This document shows, piece after piece, positions 12,258 to 24,602 of a DNA stretch of 64,000 bases (position 1 is the first letter of the stretch; each line of letters starts with the position of its first letter). The position numbers and the translations under genes are program-made. The DNA is from Heteronotia binoei (taxonomy: Eukaryota), in contig NC_083233.1 in assembly GCF_032191835.1 (NCBI RefSeq), positions 57,226,001 through 57,290,000 of the forward strand, given 5' to 3'. Below the pieces are notes generated by a model. It ran no database searches, was not told where the DNA came from, and saw nothing but the letters and a program-made list of their open reading frames with translations.

Positions 12258-12598
12258 CAGGATCCCCAATGCAGCTCCCACTGGCATCTTTCCTGACACC
12301 CATCAAGAGATTTTAGAAAGCAGGCGGGGTCACTCGGGGCTCTTGCCCAGCAGGGCTTCATATTGGAGATCTGATTGGCTGTGAAGATTAAAATAATGTT
12401 GCTTCAGTGGTAGCTGCTCCTACAGTAATGGTTTTGTTCTCTCTCACCCTTCTTTCCCTGTACATTTTTAAAACCATCCCTCTTCCTCCGCATGTGCATG
12501 GCTCCACCTCCTGTGGCAGCTATTTTGTAGTTGCACCCATTCCCCTGTGTGAGAATTCTAAAGGTGTCCATAGACCGTGAAAAGGTTGGGGACCTCTG
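12258..12598. mobile_element. hAT/Charlie-like non-autonomous element
   Basis: CAGGATCCCCAA / TTGGGGACCTCTG termini; TSD-like ATTTAAAC/ATCTAGAC. Confidence 0.6.
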
Positions 12599-12705
12599 AT
12601 CTAGACAGAAGTGTATAAGATTGGCACTACTGGATCAGTCTGAAGACCCAGCTAAGCCCCAGTGTTTCCAACAGCAGCCTTCCCCAAATCCACAGAAAAC
12701 TCAGC

Positions 12706-12990
12706 AAGAAGAAGAAGAAGATGATGATGATGACATTGGATTTATATCCCTCCCTCCACTCTGAATCTCAGAGTGGCTCACAATCTCTTTTATCTTCCTC
12801 CCCCACAACAGACACCCTGTGAGGTAGGTGGGGCTGAGAGAGCTCTCACAGAAGCTGCCTTTTCAAGGACAACTCTGCAAGAGCTATGTCTGACCCAAGG
12901 CCATTCCAGCAGCTGCATATGGAGGAGTGGGGAACCAAACCTGGTTCTCCCAGATAAGAGTGTGCAGACTTAACCACCACACCAAACTGG
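12706..12990 (-). mobile_element. Squam3-like SINE
   Basis: Full-length copy with (GAA)n/(GAT)n tail on the + strand. Confidence 0.9.
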
Positions 12991-14793
12991 AGCCACTGAT
13001 TGTCCTCAACAACTGAAGACAGTGTGTCTGTGTGTGTATGGGTGTGGGGGTAATGTTATGGTTCCAAATCTGAATGTACCAATTTCCCTATTATGGCTAA
13101 TAGCTCTTAATAGACCCATCCTCCATGGCCTTTTTTCAGAGCCATCGGAGCCCTTCTCCTTGCAGACCTTACAGCAATGAATCCTAGAAGTTAATTATGC
13201 ATTATGCTCTGGACATACAAAGGATACCTTGTCTGAGGAGACAGAAACACGGACCACCAGCGCGTGCATCCTGCCTTCCCCCCACTTTTAGTGCAGACCT
13301 GTTAGGGCCTGAGCCACCCAGCAGCTTGATGGACGAGGAAGTGCTGATACAGCCAGCAGTGTCTTCCGACTTACGCCGCTCGATACTTTGCCGAACGCAT
13401 CCATTTATACACTGTGATATATAAGGCTATCAAGCCAGTGTGGTAATAGCTCCTGTGAGGATTGGGTTGGTTTCTCCTCCCCTCCCTCCCCTTAGTCTGT
13501 GGAGCCGGTGTAAATTTAGCAAAACAGCTTCACTAACCTTTGGCTGTCTATTATGGCCAGGCCACTGGAGCCTGGGTGGAAATTCAGAAGCGCCTGAATT
13601 TGGTAAGGTAGGTGTTTCGTGGTCATAGGCAGCCCTAGATGGCCTAAACATGAACTGCTGTTTTCACTGAGAAGAGACCGGGAGGTGTCTCTTCTTCAGA
13701 GCCTGTGATTGTGGGAAATAACATCCCAACATGTGTGTTTCCCTGCACTTGCTCCTTATCATTGACTTCTGCTGGCAGGAGAAGGAGAATGCATGACTGG
13801 ATGATATCACATGATGTAGGTGGAAGATAGGGTGGAGGATAGGGCAGCTGCGATTTTTGCAGTGACTTAATTATGCTTGATTGTAGGGATAAGATGTGAC
13901 CCAATCAGTTCTGCAATGAAGACCTGAATGCCTGTGAAACAGGTTTGAATCAGGCTTTTGCAAAACTGTACATCTTTCTTTAAACAAAAACAAACATTTG
14001 CTGGCCCAAACAGATTGACAGTCATTAATGTTGCTAAGCACTACTTAGATGAACATCAAATGGTAGGATTTAACATACACACACACACAGACACGCGCAC
14101 TCACACACACACAATGTTTATTTATTTATGACTGTTAGGCCCTGTGACTGATCTCACCATCTGCTAACTTTCTGAGCCTGGGCCACCTTTGGAATTGCCA
14201 CAGAAGGAGAAGCCAAGCACAGAACGGCTTCTGCAGGAGGTGAAGCCAAGCACACATGCACACAAGAAGGAAGGGGATGGGGAATATAAAGACACGCAAG
14301 CACAGAAGAAGACCAAGGGCTGGATAACATGCACAGAAGACAAGACAGTAAGAGATAAGATGGATAAGACGCAAAAATAGAAGAAGACCATGCTGGGGTG
14401 GGATAGGAGAAGGGGTGCTCTGCTGTTGTGGTGCACCCTAGCCCACACTGCCTCACAGCTGAACTGTGGGTCCTGCTTATCACATCCTGGATTATTTTCC
14501 AGTACATTTTTAGGAGGATTCAAGTGAAAACTCCTTTTATTTGTATGAAAGCAACTAGTCACAAATGTTGCCTTCTCAATGGCCCTGCCTGCTCTTCTGA
14601 AGCACAAAGCGGGAGCCTCAGAAAGTGCCTGCAAACACCAGGGTGCCCGTGGGGGCCACACTGGGGGCCATGATTGCCTGCTAGGCAGAGTGGTAGCACA
14701 TCCAAGATGGGGGGGGGAGACAGCATAAAAGTGCACATGCACAAAAAGCTGATTGATATGTACTGCACTGTTAGGAAGGAATACACACACACA

Positions 14794-14971
14794 CAGGGCT
14801 TTTTTTTGTAGCAGGAACTCCTTTGCATATTAGTTCACACACCCCTGATGTAGCCAATCCTCCAAGAGTTTACAGTAGGCCCTGTAAGAAGAGCCCTGTA
14901 AGCTCTTGGAGGATTGGCTACATCAGGGGATATGGCCTAATATGCAAAGGAGTTCCTGCTACAAAAAAGCC
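14794..14971. mobile_element. Palindromic hAT MITE
   Basis: CAGGGCTTTTTTTTGTAGCAGGAACTCCTTTGCATATTAG... arms are inverted across the whole element. Confidence 0.85.
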
Positions 14972-15734
14972 ATATATATATAGAGAGAGAGAGGGGAGGG
15001 GCAGCAATTAAGCTTGCCAGCCCTAGAGGGTGGAAGTTTGGACATGTGAAAGGTTGTCCCCAGATTAGCTAGCAAAAATGAAGAAGTGCCTTAGACAGTA
15101 GCATAGATACAGAGTGCTAGATGCACAAATCCATCTAGTGGGAGATACTCAGATTTGTTGGTGATAGTGGTTACAATTCAGAAAACAGATCTTGCATGTC
15201 CGTTTCCTAACAAGTTTTTGAGAAAAAGGTTGTCAGTAGGACCTCCTAGTCCTGTCTTGCCTGTTGATGTGAAAAAGAATGACTTTTGAAAATGTACAAA
15301 GTGCCTTCTCTTATTGCTTCATGACCACGGCGAGCCTCAGAGACGATAGGGAGGGCAAAGGCCATATATTCATATCATTTGCACCCATAGCTCACACCAA
15401 CGATTCCTGTTGCTGATGGGTTTTGGAGAAGATAGAGCCCACATGTGCATATTGGCAGGAGGCAGGAGAATCACTGGCGTGTCTCTCTGCACTGCTTGGC
15501 CCCTGCCTGATTCTGCTAATTGCTAATACTGGGGCTAGACCTCCATGGCACCCTTGTCTACATGTTGCACAGCATGGTTAGAATGCTGCATTTAGACTAT
15601 GGAGACATGGGTTCAGATCTTCCCTCTACCCATGTTACTTGCTGGGTGACCTGCAGCTGGTCACTGGATCAGGTCCCACAAATACATTCTCCTAAAGGTG
15701 TCCCTTTCCTTCTCTTTGAGCTTCTTGAGAACTG

Positions 15735-15950
15735 GCATGGCATAGTGAATCCAGAGCTGGATTAGGATCCTGAGAGACCCAGGTTCAAATGCCTACTTCT
15801 ATTATGGAAGCTCAGTGGAAGCTCAGTGGGTGATCTCGGGCCAGTCACATTATTTCAGCTTAGCCTATTTCACAGGGTGGTCATTGTGGACAAACAGAGG
15901 TGGGGAGACCAGCGTTCTTAGCAGCTTTGAGCCTGATATAAATAAATAAA
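15735..15950 (+). mobile_element. Older MIR/Squam3-like CORE SINE
   Basis: tRNA-like head GGTTCAAAT, CORE-like GGGTGATCTCGGGCCAGTCAC, (AAAT)n tail. Confidence 0.6.
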
Positions 15951-16211
15951 TGCAAAGTTCATCCATTGGCAGAAGACCCCTTGGGGAAGCATCTTCATTC
16001 ATGGAATGAGTTCACAAATCATTATCTTTGTCCCTAGCTTGCCTCACAAGGGCTGCTTGTGAAGATAAAAATGGGGAGCAGGGAAGGAGCTCTTGGAATG
16101 AAAAAGGAGAGGACAAACTATAATTGAGTTTTTTTATATACTTGTGTGTGTGTGTGTGTGCTCAATCAGCTGGGGCTCAATCAGCTCAAAATCCTTTAAC
16201 CTGGAAGTCAT

Positions 16212-16393
16212 GATGACCTCTGATGACTGACTCCTACTGGGGGCCTTGAGGATATTCAGAGAGGTGGCTGAATAAAGCCTGCCCTGTCCTCCCAACTAGC
16301 TATTCCAAGGAGGTCTCCCATTCAAGTACTTGCCAGAGTCAACCCTGCTTAGCTTCTGAGATCGGGTTTGCCTGGGCTATCCTGGTCAAGGCT
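16212..16393 (-). mobile_element. 5S rRNA-derived SINE
   Basis: GGTCTCCCATTCAAGTACT...CCCTGCTTAGCTTCTGAGATC is antisense to 5S boxes A and C. Confidence 0.7.
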
Positions 16394-16559
16394 GACAAAC
16401 TATAATTTTGTTAGGCAACTACAATTCTGTTGTGTTACTGTGATGGGGAATGAAAAAGAAAACATTTAAATGCACTTTTTCCTATTTCATCATGAAATAG
16501 AAGAGAGTAGCTTTTATTTATTAAATTGTTAGTTATCTAACTTCCTTTCGCAGCACAAC

Positions 16560-17180
16560 CCCCCTCCCCCAGTCGAGTTTTGGCGAGTGCGCATTTATTG
16601 AAATGTAATTGATTAATGAATCAATTAATCGGATCAAAGGTTGGTGATTAATCAGCTCAAAATTCTTTAACCGGTTGACAGCCCTCCCCTCCACAGATAA
16701 AAGCCTCCTGATTTCTAATCTGTTTGCAAAGCTCTTGGAGGCTGAGGATGACTTCGGTTTTTCAAGAGCTTGCCCTCTGCAACCTTCTTTATTCTACACC
16801 TGCAGGTGAACGATCCCTCCGCTTGTGTCGGCAAGAATCTCCTCCGCTTAACCAGCTCAACCCCAACGGCTCTTGTGTGAATGTGTACAGTGCCACCGTC
16901 TCATCATCCACCCATGAGAGCAGATGACATTTCATTGTCGGTTTGGCGGGCAGGGAGTCTCCTTGGGGACGGTACACACAGCTTGCTGATGTCCCCCTTT
17001 TCTGGAGTGAAGTTCCCCTCCTCTTTGAAATCCCAAAGGGGAAAAATGCAAGAATCAAATCTGCAGATTATATTGCTCATCAGGACTGGGGGCGGGGGGG
17101 GGGGGAGACGGAGCCTGACAAAAGGGGAAATCACCATAATCAAGCATGCACGCCGTTGTGATTAAAATGCTGCAATTGAC
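16560..17180. promoter_or_regulatory. Putative developmental enhancer or conserved non-coding element
   Basis: Dense TAAT/TGAT homeodomain motifs (GTAATTGATTAATGAATCAATTAATC), TGACAG, GATAA; CpG retained; non-repetitive. Confidence 0.5.
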
Positions 17181-19232
17181 TCGGGTCCCTTTTGGCTGTG
17201 GGGCAAGCCATGTGGGAATAAGCTTTATTCACAAAGGAACCAGATTGTTTTTATCCAGGGAGGGAGGAGGTGGGGGCAGGAAGGGTCTGCTTGCAACACA
17301 TGTCAAAATCATCTTTACATTCCAGTGTCAATGCATTTTGTGGAGGGAACTGAAGGATAACATGGAAGTTTCAGGGCTTGGTTGTATTTGGGGGATGGAC
17401 TGTGATGTGAGGATCCATTGCTTCTCATGAACCAACTCTTGCTCTCTCCTTCCTTGATTTTGCAAATCTGGTGTTTTGGTCTCCCTTTTCACACATTACA
17501 GAGAGCACAGCCTGGAATCTCCTGTGTCATGTCAGTCCTCCACATGTGCTGCAGTTGCATTCTGAATTAGGATGCTGCACACGGGAGAACTGAGGGAAAC
17601 CCACAACTCAGGTCTGACTGTAATACAGGACATAGGGTGGGGACTCCAGATCCGAGCTGTGTACTGTGCAATGTGTGAAAAGCCTTTTCTGTGACTCTCA
17701 GAAAACATTTTCATCTTGCCCTTCCTCCAAGGTGCTCAAGGGGGCATAGATGATGCTGTCCTCCTCCATTTCATCCTTTACCTACCTCTCTTGTTAGGTA
17801 GGTTAACCTGAGAGAGAATGACTGGTCCAAGGGCTTTCAGTGGGATTAATGACACACTAGTGATCTTGCCTTTCTGCTCTTTGGGCTAAGCCTTCTCTTG
17901 CATAATTCCCTCCTAGTAATATCACTTCATCTTCCTGTCAAACTAACCTGCCATTTCCACTGCAGCAGCCACACTAAAGTTTCTGCATTCTACAAGTGAT
18001 TTCTCTCCCTTAGCAGCTTCTCTGACATCACTGCAGTTTAGCCAATTGTTTTTGAGAGTGGAGGAGCTCGCAGATACATGACAGATGGTAGCTTTCCCTA
18101 AAAGCTCCCCATTGCTTCCTCTCTCTAAGTTCACAGAATGAAGGGGGAAAAAAGCATTAATGTCCATATTTTTTTAAAAATGCTGCTTCTACTTCTACTC
18201 CCTCTGTGGGTCAGAAATACAGAATTTTGTTTCCATTGATTCACAGAATTTGGAATCATTTGAAATAACAAAGAACCTAAGAATGGAAATTTGGACCAGC
18301 CTTTGTTTGTGGCTTTGAAAAAAGCAAAACTGCTGTCAACGTGCATGCCTGCAGCATAGACTCTCACCATTGCATGTGCACTACATCAGTATCTGCAATT
18401 GCAGCTTCTTAGTTCCTCAGGTGCCTCCTGCTAGCTAGACAGGGAAATCTGCTCAGGCACTAATGCGCTGCACATCAGGATACAAGGCTGTTAAACAGCT
18501 GCCAAGCAGCCCCAAGGCCGGCTGCCTGGCAGGCAGCAAGCCCATGCCTGCGACAGCTTTGCACTTTTATCAAGTGCTCAATTAAATGGCTTTCACTCTG
18601 GGCAAAAGACAGCTGTGCCCGACAAGGCTGGAATTGTTGGTTTGCCCAATACAGCCCATCATGCTCTCCAGTTGCAGAGACAACTTCCTGTCTCCAATGC
18701 AAGAGCTCTCTCTCTCCTACCTTCTCAGCCTGCTGCATCCAATTTTGTACATCAGATTATCTTTTTGGAATGACCTGCAGCCATGAAGAGTTTTAGCTCT
18801 CTGACATTGTTATCAATCATGACCCTTTTATGAGGACAGAATCACCCCTGAAACAGACTGTGGAGTTCAGGTAAGGTGAAACAAGAGATATATTTGAAGT
18901 TGCCATTGCTTTCATTGAGCAAGATTCAAGTCTGTTGGCACTTTAATTGCATTGATTGGACTATCAAACCCATAATGCAGTGTGCTTGTGAGAGAGAACA
19001 GCACAAGTAGAATGGCCAAGAGTCTGCAACAGAAATGAGTGAAAGTTAGTAGCAAAATAGGGCAAACTGATAAATAAGTAAATTTCTCATTGAAAATGGA
19101 CTTCCTGATGGAATTTGTCCAGCAAGGGATGTAATTTCCCACTTCGAATCTTACTAATGTCTTACTAATCATTCTCCCTAGAGCCATGTCAGGACATCTC
19201 CAGAAGGTAATTTCAAAGGATAGCTATGTCTG

Positions 19233-19325
19233 GTATCTGGCAAAGGAAGGTTTGACTCTTGAAAACTAACTCCTCAAAAAACTTGTTGGGTCTCTAAGGT
19301 GCTACTGGATTCAAACCTAGCATTT
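19233..19325 (+). mobile_element. Degenerate Penelope-like pLTR fragment with decayed hammerhead
   Basis: CTGGCAA-AGGAAG-GTTTGA-CTCTT-GAAA followed by TTGTTGGGTCTCTAAGGTGCTACTGG, matching the 6450-6478 relic in antisense. Confidence 0.6.
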
Positions 19326-19638
19326 CTGGAAGGTAAATGGTCTAATCATCTTGCCAAAGCTAAACAAGTTTCAGTCTGATCAGTGATTGGAGAGGAATCT
19401 GATGTAATTCTATATAAATCATTACTAATTGCAGGAATAGAAGGCAGATAGGATAGAGATGGACAAGAAACAAATTAGGGCACATCATACTTGTCTCAAA
19501 AATCAAATTGCTCTCTGATTTTACTACATTTCCAATATTCCTTCACTTCATTTGATGGTCAAAAGGAACTCTCTATGCTTCCTCCATGTAGACAGTGCCT
19601 AAAAGCAGCCCTGTCCTGTTACATAGGAGGAGGGTTAC

Positions 19639-20355
19639 TGGAAAAATGTAACCCAAAGGAGAAAGAAAATCAGGAGATGTTCTGAGCCCCTGCTGCTCAG
19701 CAATAGGTTCCAGGATCTCCCCACAGTAACTGATTCTGAGCCATTGGAACAAGGGCTACTTCCCCAGCCTCCATGAAGCTTGAAGAAAGTTTCTCAGGAT
19801 CCTGTGGATAAGAAGCTTGGAGTTTCTGCTCCCCAATATAGGGACAGGAAGGTGGTGGTGATTGGAGACTCCTTGCTCAGAGGGGTGGAGCCCAAATTGT
19901 GCCAACCGGACTTGTCATTCCGAGAGGTCTGCAGTCTGCCAGGTGCATGCATGTAGCATGTGACAGAAAGAATTGGAAGACTTATCAAGCCCACGAATTA
20001 CTATCCTTTCTTGCAGATCCATGTGGGAACGAACAATACTGCCCATCATAGCCCTGAACGTATTAGAAAAGACTATGTGGCTCTAGGTCAGAAGGTGAAG
20101 GAGCTGAGTGCACAGGTTGTGTTCTCGTCAGTGCTTCCTGTTGAAGGCCGTGGCTTAGCACGAGAAAGAAGAATACTTCAAATAAACGACAGGCTACGTC
20201 GATGGTGTCATCAGGAAAGATTCGGATTTCTGGACCATGGCTTACGCTTTTGAGATGGTGGTCTTCTATTGGGAGATGGTTTGCACCTTATGGCGGTAGG
20301 GAAAAGGGTGTTTGGTAACAGCCTTGCTAACCTAATAAGGAGGGCTTTAAACTAA
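19639..20355 (+). pseudogene. CR1 ORF1 relic (SGNH/GDSL esterase-like)
   Basis: WKNVTQRR..LSNRF, VVVIGDSLLRG, IHVGTNN, DGLHL motifs; contains stops and a frameshift. Confidence 0.9.
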
Positions 20356-20894
20356 ATTGTATGGGGGAGTGAGACAATAATTCAAAGCCTCGTATGATGC
20401 CAGAAACTGAGGATAAGAACATTAAAGATTTGCATACGCTAGGTAATGTTAACTTGCAGGCTTGAATGGAAACTAAACCCTTGGGATGCATAAAATGTGG
20501 ATTCTGATGTCTCTACACTAATGCACAGAGTATGGGAAACAAACAGAAGGAACTGGAAGTCCTAATACAGGAAGGAGACTATGACATAATAGGTCTTACT
20601 GAAACTTGGTGGGATGACACTCACAACTGGAATATTAGAATTCAAGGGTACAACTTATTTAAAAGGGACAGGCAAAAGAGAAAGGGCGAAGGCGTAGCAG
20701 TATATATGAAGGAGGCATATACTTGTGAGGAAATATGTGAATCTGAGCATGGCAGCTCTGTTGAGAGTCTCTGGGTAAAAATAAAAGGAGTAAGAAATAA
20801 CAGTGATATTATTGTGGGGGTCTGCTATAGACCACCAAGTCAGTCAGAGGACTTGGATGAGATACTTCTACAGCAGATTGCAAAGTTCTCCAAG

Positions 20895-21170
20895 AGAAGA
20901 AGAAGAAATTGAATTTATATCCCGCCTTCCACTCCGAAGAGTCTCAGAGCGGCTCACAATCTCCTTTACCTTCCTCCCCCACAACAGACACCCTGTGAGG
21001 TGGGTGGGGCTGGAGAGGGCTCTCACAGCAGCTGCCCTTTCAAGGACAACCTCTGCCAGAGCTATGGCTGACCCAAGGCCATGCTAGCAGGTGCAAGTGG
21101 AGGAGTGGGGAATCAAACCCAGTTCTCCCAGATAAGAGTCCGCACACTTAACCACTACACCAAACTGGCT
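20895..21170 (-). mobile_element. Squam3-like SINE inserted in the CR1 endonuclease domain
   Basis: A box TGGTGTAGTGG and B box GGTTTGATTCC on the minus strand; (TTC)n tail; CR1 frame resumes at VIMGDFNYP. Confidence 0.95.
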
Positions 21171-22009
21171 GTTTGGTGATCATGGGAGATTTCAATTACC
21201 CAGACATCTGTTGGAAGTCCAACAGATGCTAAAAATGAAAAGTCAAATAGATTCCTGACTTGTCTTGCTGACAACTTCCTTTTCCAGAAAGTGAAGAAGG
21301 AAACAAGGGGATCTGCTATTTTGGATTTGATTCTCACCAACAAGGAAGAATTAATTGAAGAAGTGGAAATAGTGGGCACCCTGGGCAGTAGTGACCATGT
21401 GATTTTGGAATTTACAGTCTTAGGGAAGGGAAAAGCTATATGTAGTCAGACTTATAGGTTGGAATTCAGAAAGGGAAACTTTGATAAACTTAGAACTATG
21501 CTGGGTAAAATCCTATGGTCAGAGATACTTAGGAGGAAGGGGGTTCAGGAGGGGTGGAAGTTTCTTAAAAGCGAAATACTGAAAGTGCAAACACAGACGA
21601 TTCCTATGAGAAGAAAAAATGGAAAAAGCCTAAAGAAGCCGAAGTGGCTCCATAAACAGCTCGCTAAAGACTTGAGAAATAAAAAAGACTCCTTTAGGAA
21701 TTGGAAGGAGGGCCTTATAACCAGAGCTTGTAGAGAAAAAGTTAGGAAAGCTAAAGCTCAGTATGAGCTTAGGCTGGCCAAAGATGCTAAAAACAACAAA
21801 AAAGGGTTCTTTTCTTATGTTCAGAGTAAGAAAAAGAGCAAGGGCATGGTAGGCCCATTGCGAGGGCAAGAAAGTGAAATTGTAACAGGTAATGAAGAGA
21901 GGGCAGAACTACTCAATTCCTACTTTTCCTCTTCTCTTCTGAGGGAAACGGTGCTCAACATGGCAAAAACAGAACATATAAGGAGGGTATGATAGAACAT
22001 ATAAGGAGG

Positions 22010-22800
22010 CCCAGATAGCAGCTACTGCCAAGTCCGCCTTTTTTCATCTTAGACGGGCGAGGCAGTTGGCCCCCTTCCTGGAGCGCAGCGACCTGGCAAC
22101 AGTGATCCACGCAATGGTCACCTCGAGGCTAGACTACTGTAATGCCCTCTACATGGGGCTGCCCCTGTACCGAACCGGGAAACTGCAGCTAGTGCAAAGT
22201 ACAGCAGCCAGGCTGTTATTGGGACTGCCTCAGTGGGAACATGTGCAGCCTGGGCTGAGGGAGTTGCACTGGCTGCCAATTGTTTACTGGGTCCATTACA
22301 AGGTGCTGATCATTACCTTTAAAGCCCTATATGGTTGAGGACCTGCCTACCTTAGGGACCGCCTCTCTTCATATGTTCCCCAGAGAGCACTACGATCAAG
22401 CTCAAAAAATCTTCTCGAAATCCCTGGGCCAAAAGAAACCAAACTAAAAACTACCAGAGAACTGGCGTTCTCTACGATGGCCCCCCAATGGTGGAATCAA
22501 CTGCCGGAATAGGTGCGGGCCCTGCGGGATTTTAACCAATTCCGTAGGGCCTGCAAAATTGTCCTCTTCCAGCTAGCTTTTTAAGATGGAACCCTGATAA
22601 CATCAACAACACCGAGCCATCTTATACACAAGTCGATTATACCATAATGTTATTCTGTTTTATTGGTTTTACTGTTTACATTATTAATGATATTATATAT
22701 TGTTTTATTGTATCATGGTTTTACCATGTCTTGTTAGCCGCCCTGAGCCTGCCTTGGCGGGGAGGGCGGGATATAAATAAAAGTTTATTATTATTATTAT
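22010..22800 (+). mobile_element. 5'-truncated L2 LINE inserted in CR1 ORF2
   Basis: VTSRLDYCNALYMGLP, LHWLP, TFKALYG motifs; 3' UTR and (TTA)n tail. Confidence 0.92.
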
Positions 22801-23088
22801 TATGAAGTTCCAACCTAGGATCAGCATAGGAGTAGTACATAAACACCTAGTTTCTTTAAATGAAACTAAGTCCTCAGGGCCAGATGAATTGCATCCAAGG
22901 GTTCTAAAAGAGCTTGCGGATGTAATTTCTGAGCCTCTGGCTATTATTTTTGAGAATTCTTGGAGAACAGGAGAGGTGCCGGAAGATTGGAGGTGGGTAA
23001 ATGCTGTCCCCATCTTCAAGAAGGGGAAAAAAGATGATCCGGGTAACTACCGACCCATCAGCTTGATGTCTATACCTGGAAAAGTTTT

Positions 23089-23241
23089 TTTTTTTTCAAA
23101 TTTTTACTAGTTTTATTTGCAAAAGGAAAAAAAACCAAAGACAACAACAGCATAACATACAAATAACAACATAACAGTCAACAGAATAACATAAACAAAT
23201 CACATTCCAAACTCCCCAATCATACAAGGAGCATTTGGGGT
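23089..23241 (-). mobile_element. Poly(A)-tailed retroposed fragment (L1-type TPRT product) in the CR1 RT
   Basis: 14-bp TSD CCTGGAAAAGTTTT (23075-23088, 23242-23255); AATAAA and poly(A) on the minus strand. Confidence 0.85.
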
Positions 23242-24602
23242 CCTGGAAAAGTTTTAGAACAAATCATCAAACAGTCGGTCCTGGAACATTTAGAAAGAAT
23301 GGACGTGATTACTAAGAACCAGCATGGGTTTCTCAAAAACAAGTCATGTCAGACTAACCTGGTCTCTTTTTGAGAAAGTGACTACCTTCCTGGATCAGGG
23401 GAATGCTGTAGAAATTGTTTATCTTGATTTCAGTAAGGCTTTTGATAAAGTTCCACATACTATTCTTGTTGACAAGTTGGTAAAATGTGATTTGGATCCT
23501 ATTACAGTTAGGTGGATCTGTAGCTGGCTGACAGATCGCACCCAAAGAGTGCTTGTGAATGGTTCCTCATCCTCTTGGAGAGGAGTGACAAGTGGAGTGC
23601 CTCAAGGATCTGTCCTGGGACCTGTATTGTTCAACATCTTTATAAATGATTTGGATGAAGGAATAGAGGGAATGCTTATTAAATTTGCAGATGACACTAA
23701 ATTGGGAGGGGTTGCAAACACAGAAGAAGAGAGAAACAGGATATAGGATGACCTTGACAGGCTGGAAAACTGGGCTAAAATCAATAAAATGAATTTTAAC
23801 AGGGATAAATGTAAAGTTTTGCATTTAGGTAGGAAAAATCCAATGCATGGTTATAGGATGGGGGAGACTTGTCTTAGCAGTAGTATGTGCGAAAAGGATC
23901 TATGGGTCTTAGTGGATCATATGCTGAACATGAGTCAACAGTGTGATGCAGTGGCTAAAAAGACAAATGCAATTTTGAGCTGTATCAACGGAAGTCTAGT
24001 GTCCAGATCACGTGATGTGATGGTATCACATTACTCTGCTCTGGTAAGACCTCACCTGGAGTATTGTGTTCAGTTTTGGGCACCACATTTTAAGAAGGAT
24101 ATAGACAAGCTGGAATGGGTCCAGAGGAGGGCAACGAAGATGGTGAGGGGTCTGGAGACCAAGTCCTATGAGGAAAGGTTGAAGGAGCTGGGGATGTTTA
24201 GCCTGGAGAAGAGGTGGCTGAGAGGTGATATGATCACCATCTTCAATTACTTGAAGGGCTGTCATATAGAGGATGGTTTGGAATTGTTTTCTGTGGCCCC
24301 GGAAGGTAGGACCAGAACCAATGGGTTGAAATTAAATCAAAAGAGTTTCCGGCTCAACATTAGGAAGAACTTCCTGACCGTTAGAATGATTCTTCAGTGG
24401 AACAGGCTTCCTCGGGAGGTGGTGGGCTCTCCTTCCTTGGAGGTTTTTAAACAGAGGCTAGATGGCCATCTGATAGCAATGAAGATCCTGTGAATTTAGG
24501 GGGAAGTGTTTGTGAGTTTCCTGCATTGTGCAGGGGGTTGGACTAGATGACCCTAGAGGTCCCTTCCAACTCTATGATTCTATGATTTAGCATCTCTAGG
24601 GG

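Larger units (their letters stand above)
20500..24493 (+). pseudogene. CR1 ORF2 relic (AP endonuclease plus reverse transcriptase), interrupted
   Basis: [75 protein letters not shown]. Confidence 0.95.
19600..24586 (+). mobile_element. Near full-length, 5'-truncated CR1 LINE with three nested insertions
   Basis: ORF1 esterase, ORF2 APE and RT, 3' UTR ending TCTATGATTCTATGAT. Confidence 0.97.

Noticed and set aside
14135-14828. Several ORFs up to 208 aa
   Set aside because: Purine/pyrimidine-biased low-complexity sequence, non-ATG or weak starts, and no recognisable protein.
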